Positions 35,727 through 38,694 of a stretch of DNA of 38,694 bases are shown piece after piece (the stretch's first letter is position 1; every line of letters begins with the position of its first letter). The position numbers and the translations under genes were made by a program. The DNA is from a virus (taxonomy: Duplodnaviria; Caudoviricetes). The stretch is from positions 1-38,694 of the IMG/VR virus record IMGVR_UViG_3300033434_000388. One strand, written 5' to 3'. The notes under the pieces are model-generated. The model saw only the letters and a program-made list of their open reading frames with translations, was not told the DNA's origin and searched no databases.

Positions 35727-36151
35727 TCGCCCTGATTTCTGCAGGCTGGTCGATTCTGTCCGGCAAATCGCAAGCCGCCATTGCATTGATCGGCGGCTTT
35801 CTTCTTGGTGCGCTGCTCACCTTTTTGGTCGTGACGTTTGTCTATGAGGGGCTGCGTCTGCCTCTGATCGGCCAGGTGGTCGGCGGCCGCGTTCAGACGG
35901 CCGTCAAGGCGGCGACGGCAGAGCTCGTTGCCCGCTCCGAGGTGACCGCCCTCAACGCCCAACTCAAGGAAATCGAGCGCCAGCGCCAGGCGGCCGACGC
36001 TGCCGCCTCGGCCGCCCGCACCCGTGCCGATCTGGCCCAGAAGGAAACTGACGATGCCCGTGCGAAGCTCGACGCGGCGATTGCCGCTGACGCTGGCCCT
36101 GACGGCTGCGCTTTCACTGACGACGATCTTGAGTGGCTGCGGCAGCACTGA
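35723..36151 (+). CDS. Inner-membrane spanin (Rz-like)
   Basis: N-terminal TM, Ala-rich coiled coil, C-terminal Cys; follows endolysin. Confidence 0.75.
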   Translation: MIALISAGWSILSGKSQAAIALIGGFLLGALLTFLVVTFVYEGLRLPLIGQVVGGRVQTAVKAATAELVARSEVTALNAQLKEIERQRQAADAAASAARTRADLAQKETDDARAKLDAAIAADAGPDGCAFTDDDLEWLRQH

Positions 36152-36395
36152 CACGGCGCGCCTCGACGCAGCCGCCACGACAACTGGCCAGGCGGCGGCC
36201 GGGGTGAACCTGGCGGAATGGCCCGATCGCTGCCGCCAGCACATGGAGCGCGTGACCCCGAAGGCTGGCGAAAAGGCCCGCTGGGTGCAGAAGCGCTGGC
36301 AGATCGTTGCTGATCAACAGGACCGGCGGACGGACGACTGCGCCACTTATTACGACGACGTGCGGGCCGGGCTCGCTGGAAAGGACAAGGAATGA
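36081..36395 (+). CDS. Outer-membrane lipoprotein spanin (Rz1-like)
   Basis: TTG start, signal PLTLALTAALSLTTILSG-C lipobox; overlaps the 3' end of the i-spanin in another frame; two further Cys. Confidence 0.75.
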   Translation: MPLTLALTAALSLTTILSGCGSTDTARLDAAATTTGQAAAGVNLAEWPDRCRQHMERVTPKAGEKARWVQKRWQIVADQQDRRTDDCATYYDDVRAGLAGKDKE

Positions 36396-36790
36396 TCGAT
36401 CAGGCCGTGGCCATGCCGGCATTCGCCGGCCTTTTTGGCGCCCTCTTCGGTGCCGTCGGCGGCTGGCTCGCCAAGCGTGCCGAAAAGGCACCCGACATTC
36501 AGGCGACGCTGAACGACGCCGTCGCCAGGGTAGTGGAGCACTACAAGGTGGCGCTCGACCGATCGGACGAGGAGTTGGCCGAGGCGCGGCGCGATGCCGC
36601 GGCGCTGCGCGATGAAATCGCCGAAATGCGGCGGTTGATCGAGGCGCAGTCAGCCAAGTTGGATGAGCAGTCGATCGAGATCGACCTGCTGGTGAAGCAG
36701 ATCGGCAGCCTTGAACAGCAGATCGTCGACCTTGGCGGGCAGCCGCCAGCCCGACGCCTGCGCAGCAAGGCAAAAGAGGTGCAGGCATGA
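36392..36790 (+). CDS. Single-TM coiled-coil protein
   Basis: Gly-rich N-terminal TM then long heptad region; ATGA overlaps at both ends. Confidence 0.75.
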   Translation: MIDQAVAMPAFAGLFGALFGAVGGWLAKRAEKAPDIQATLNDAVARVVEHYKVALDRSDEELAEARRDAAALRDEIAEMRRLIEAQSAKLDEQSIEIDLLVKQIGSLEQQIVDLGGQPPARRLRSKAKEVQA

Positions 36791-38100
36791 CGCGGCCGGT
36801 GGGAAAGCATCTGACGCATGAAGAGCATGCGGAGATTCGCCGTCGTCTCGCTACGGGTGAAGCGCCGACGAAGATCGCCGCCGACATCGGCTGCCGCAAG
36901 GCCACCGCGTGGAAGATCAGGCGGGCCATGTTGGCGGCAACCGCCGGCACTGACCAGCCTGCCGATACCACGAAGCAAAAGGCGGAAGCACCGCCGGCCG
37001 ACCCCGTGGAGGTCGCTCGGCTCAAGACGCAGCTCAAGTCGTTGCAAGGCGACAACAAGACGCTGCTCGATCGCGCCCGCAAGGCGGAGGATCTGCGCCG
37101 AGGTCTATTCGGCCTGACCTCTGTGCCGCCGGAGCCGGTGGCATTTCGGACGCCGGAGGGTGGCAATGCCTCGGCCGAGACGATCGTGCTGTTCCTGTCG
37201 GACCTCCACTGGGGCGAGCGAGTGTCGATCGAGGCGATGGACGGCCTCAACAGCTACAGCCTCGACATCGCCCGCGCCCGCCTCGGCCGCTATTTCCAGA
37301 CGGTGGCCGACCTTGCCAGCAAGCACTGGACCGGCCCGCCGCCGGCACGGCTGATCCTGATCCTCGGCGGCGACCTGGTGTCCGGCGAGATCCATGCCGA
37401 GCTCGCCAAGACCAACGAGGCGAAGGCACTGCCGGCCGTCAAGGATTGCGCCAGTCACCTCGCCGAGGGTATCGCCTTGCTGCGGCGCAGCCTGCCCTGC
37501 CCGATCGATGTCGTCAGCCTCGCCGGAAATCATGGCCGCTCGACGTTGAAGCCGGAAAGCAAGGAAACCGTCGAGACCAGCTACGACACGCTGGTGTCGG
37601 ACTTCCTTGAGATGATGCTCCGTCGTCGCAAGGACGTTTCCTTCTACGTGCCGGCGTCGGTCGACGCGCTGTTCCCTGTCTATGGTTGGCGAATGCTTGC
37701 CACCCACGGCGACCGGATCGGCAGTCGAGGTGGCCAGGGCTTCATCGGGCCGGCCGCTACGGCGGCGCGCGGCATGAAGCGCATTGTGGCCGACTATTCG
37801 GCGCGTGGTGTGCACCTCGACCTAATCCTGATGGGCCACTTCCATACGGCGATGCAGCTCGAGGAGGGCTTCGTCAACGGTTGCCTGCCCGGCCCGAGCG
37901 AGTATTCGCGCGACGGGCGCTTCCGCCCCGCCCCGGCTCGGCAGCTCTGGCTGACTATCCATCCGCGCCGATTCGTCACTTCGACCAGGTGGATCAATGT
38001 CGGCGTGCCGAGCGAGGGCGCGCTATACGCCCCGCCGCCGCCCGACCGCGAGATGCGGCCGCGATGGCGCGTGCCTGCGGTGAGTGTCCCAGCGGAGTGA
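36787..38100 (+). CDS. HTH + calcineurin-like metallophosphoesterase
   Basis: N-terminal HTH (GEAPTKIAADIGCRKATAWK); motifs SDLH, GGD, GNHGR, THGD, GHFH. Confidence 0.85.
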   Translation: MTRPVGKHLTHEEHAEIRRRLATGEAPTKIAADIGCRKATAWKIRRAMLAATAGTDQPADTTKQKAEAPPADPVEVARLKTQLKSLQGDNKTLLDRARKAEDLRRGLFGLTSVPPEPVAFRTPEGGNASAETIVLFLSDLHWGERVSIEAMDGLNSYSLDIARARLGRYFQTVADLASKHWTGPPPARLILILGGDLVSGEIHAELAKTNEAKALPAVKDCASHLAEGIALLRRSLPCPIDVVSLAGNHGRSTLKPESKETVETSYDTLVSDFLEMMLRRRKDVSFYVPASVDALFPVYGWRMLATHGDRIGSRGGQGFIGPAATAARGMKRIVADYSARGVHLDLILMGHFHTAMQLEEGFVNGCLPGPSEYSRDGRFRPAPARQLWLTIHPRRFVTSTRWINVGVPSEGALYAPPPPDREMRPRWRVPAVSVPAE

Positions 38101-38106
38101 TTTTCA

Positions 38107-38694
38107 ATGACCGTATTTGTTCTCGGCCTGACCGGCGCCGCCGGCTCGGGGAAGTCGACTGTTGCCCGACATATCGTTGAGAAGTGGGGCGGCGATGTTC
38201 GAGCGTTCGCCGAGCCTCTGAAGGCGATGCTGACGACATTTCTGCGCTATCAGGGCGTTGATCCGGACGTATGCAGGCGCATGGTTTCTGGTGATCTGAA
38301 AGAGGTTCCAACCGAATATCTAGGCGGTCGGACGCCGCGAGAAGCGATGCAGACGCTCGGAACTGAGTGGGGCCGCAGTCTCTCGGCTGACTTGTGGGTC
38401 AACGCATGGCGTCGCCGCGTCGACAGGGATGTCGAAGAGTCCAAGGCTAACGCAGAGGATTACATCCTTATCGCCGACGACGTGCGCTTCCCAAATGAAG
38501 CTGCGGCCATTCGTTCACGGGGTGATATTGTCGTGCGCGTCAAGCGGCCGGGCGCTGGGCTAACTGGTACGACCGGTCGCCATGCCAGCGAAACCGAAGA
38601 CCTCGGGGCAGCGGACATGACGATTGCCAACACGGGCGATCTGGCGCAGCTCGGAATGTGCGTCGACATGGTGGTGGCGGGGGTGGTGACGTAG
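38107..38694 (+). CDS. Deoxynucleoside monophosphate kinase (T4 gp1-like)
   Basis: GAAGSGKST P-loop, FAEPLK, TPREAMQTLGTEWGR, DDVRFPNE, HASE. Confidence 0.9.
   Translation: MTVFVLGLTGAAGSGKSTVARHIVEKWGGDVRAFAEPLKAMLTTFLRYQGVDPDVCRRMVSGDLKEVPTEYLGGRTPREAMQTLGTEWGRSLSADLWVNAWRRRVDRDVEESKANAEDYILIADDVRFPNEAAAIRSRGDIVVRVKRPGAGLTGTTGRHASETEDLGAADMTIANTGDLAQLGMCVDMVVAGVVT

Larger units (their letters stand above)
1..38694. mobile_element. Temperate phage/prophage (lambda-like head, P2-like contractile tail); ends and integrase lie outside the window
   Basis: Continuous, ordered immunity, replication, packaging, head, tail and lysis modules with tightly coupled genes. Confidence 0.97.

Noticed and set aside
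36114-37815. Minus-strand ORFs of 378 and 236 aa
   Set aside because: Low-complexity shadows opposite the lysis and phosphoesterase genes
1-38694. Integrase, att sites, tRNA or rRNA genes; tailocin or GTA interpretation
   Set aside because: None recognised in the window; complete immunity, replication, packaging and head modules argue for a true temperate phage

Overview
The whole window is one GC-rich temperate phage or prophage, probably of an alphaproteobacterial (Rhizobiales-like) host; the host is an inference. From left to right it contains: a cI/cro/cII-like immunity switch; a split primase/helicase replication module interrupted by a C5-cytosine methyltransferase encoded in two overlapping reading frames; a nested-palindrome candidate origin; a lambda-like head (terminase, portal, ClpP/scaffold, D, E); a P2-like contractile tail with a -1 frameshifted chaperone; and a lysis cassette (holin-like, SAR endolysin, two-component spanin) followed by an HTH-metallophosphoesterase and a dNMP kinase. 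Accessory inserts lie among the late genes: a Cys-His-Asp orphan plus a Com zinc finger/amino-methyltransferase pair, a secreted-protein moron, a toxin-first RelE/HTH toxin-antitoxin pair, and an AT-rich orphan gene. No integrase, att site, tRNA, rRNA or CRISPR array is visible. All product calls come from motif recognition and gene order, not from database searches.
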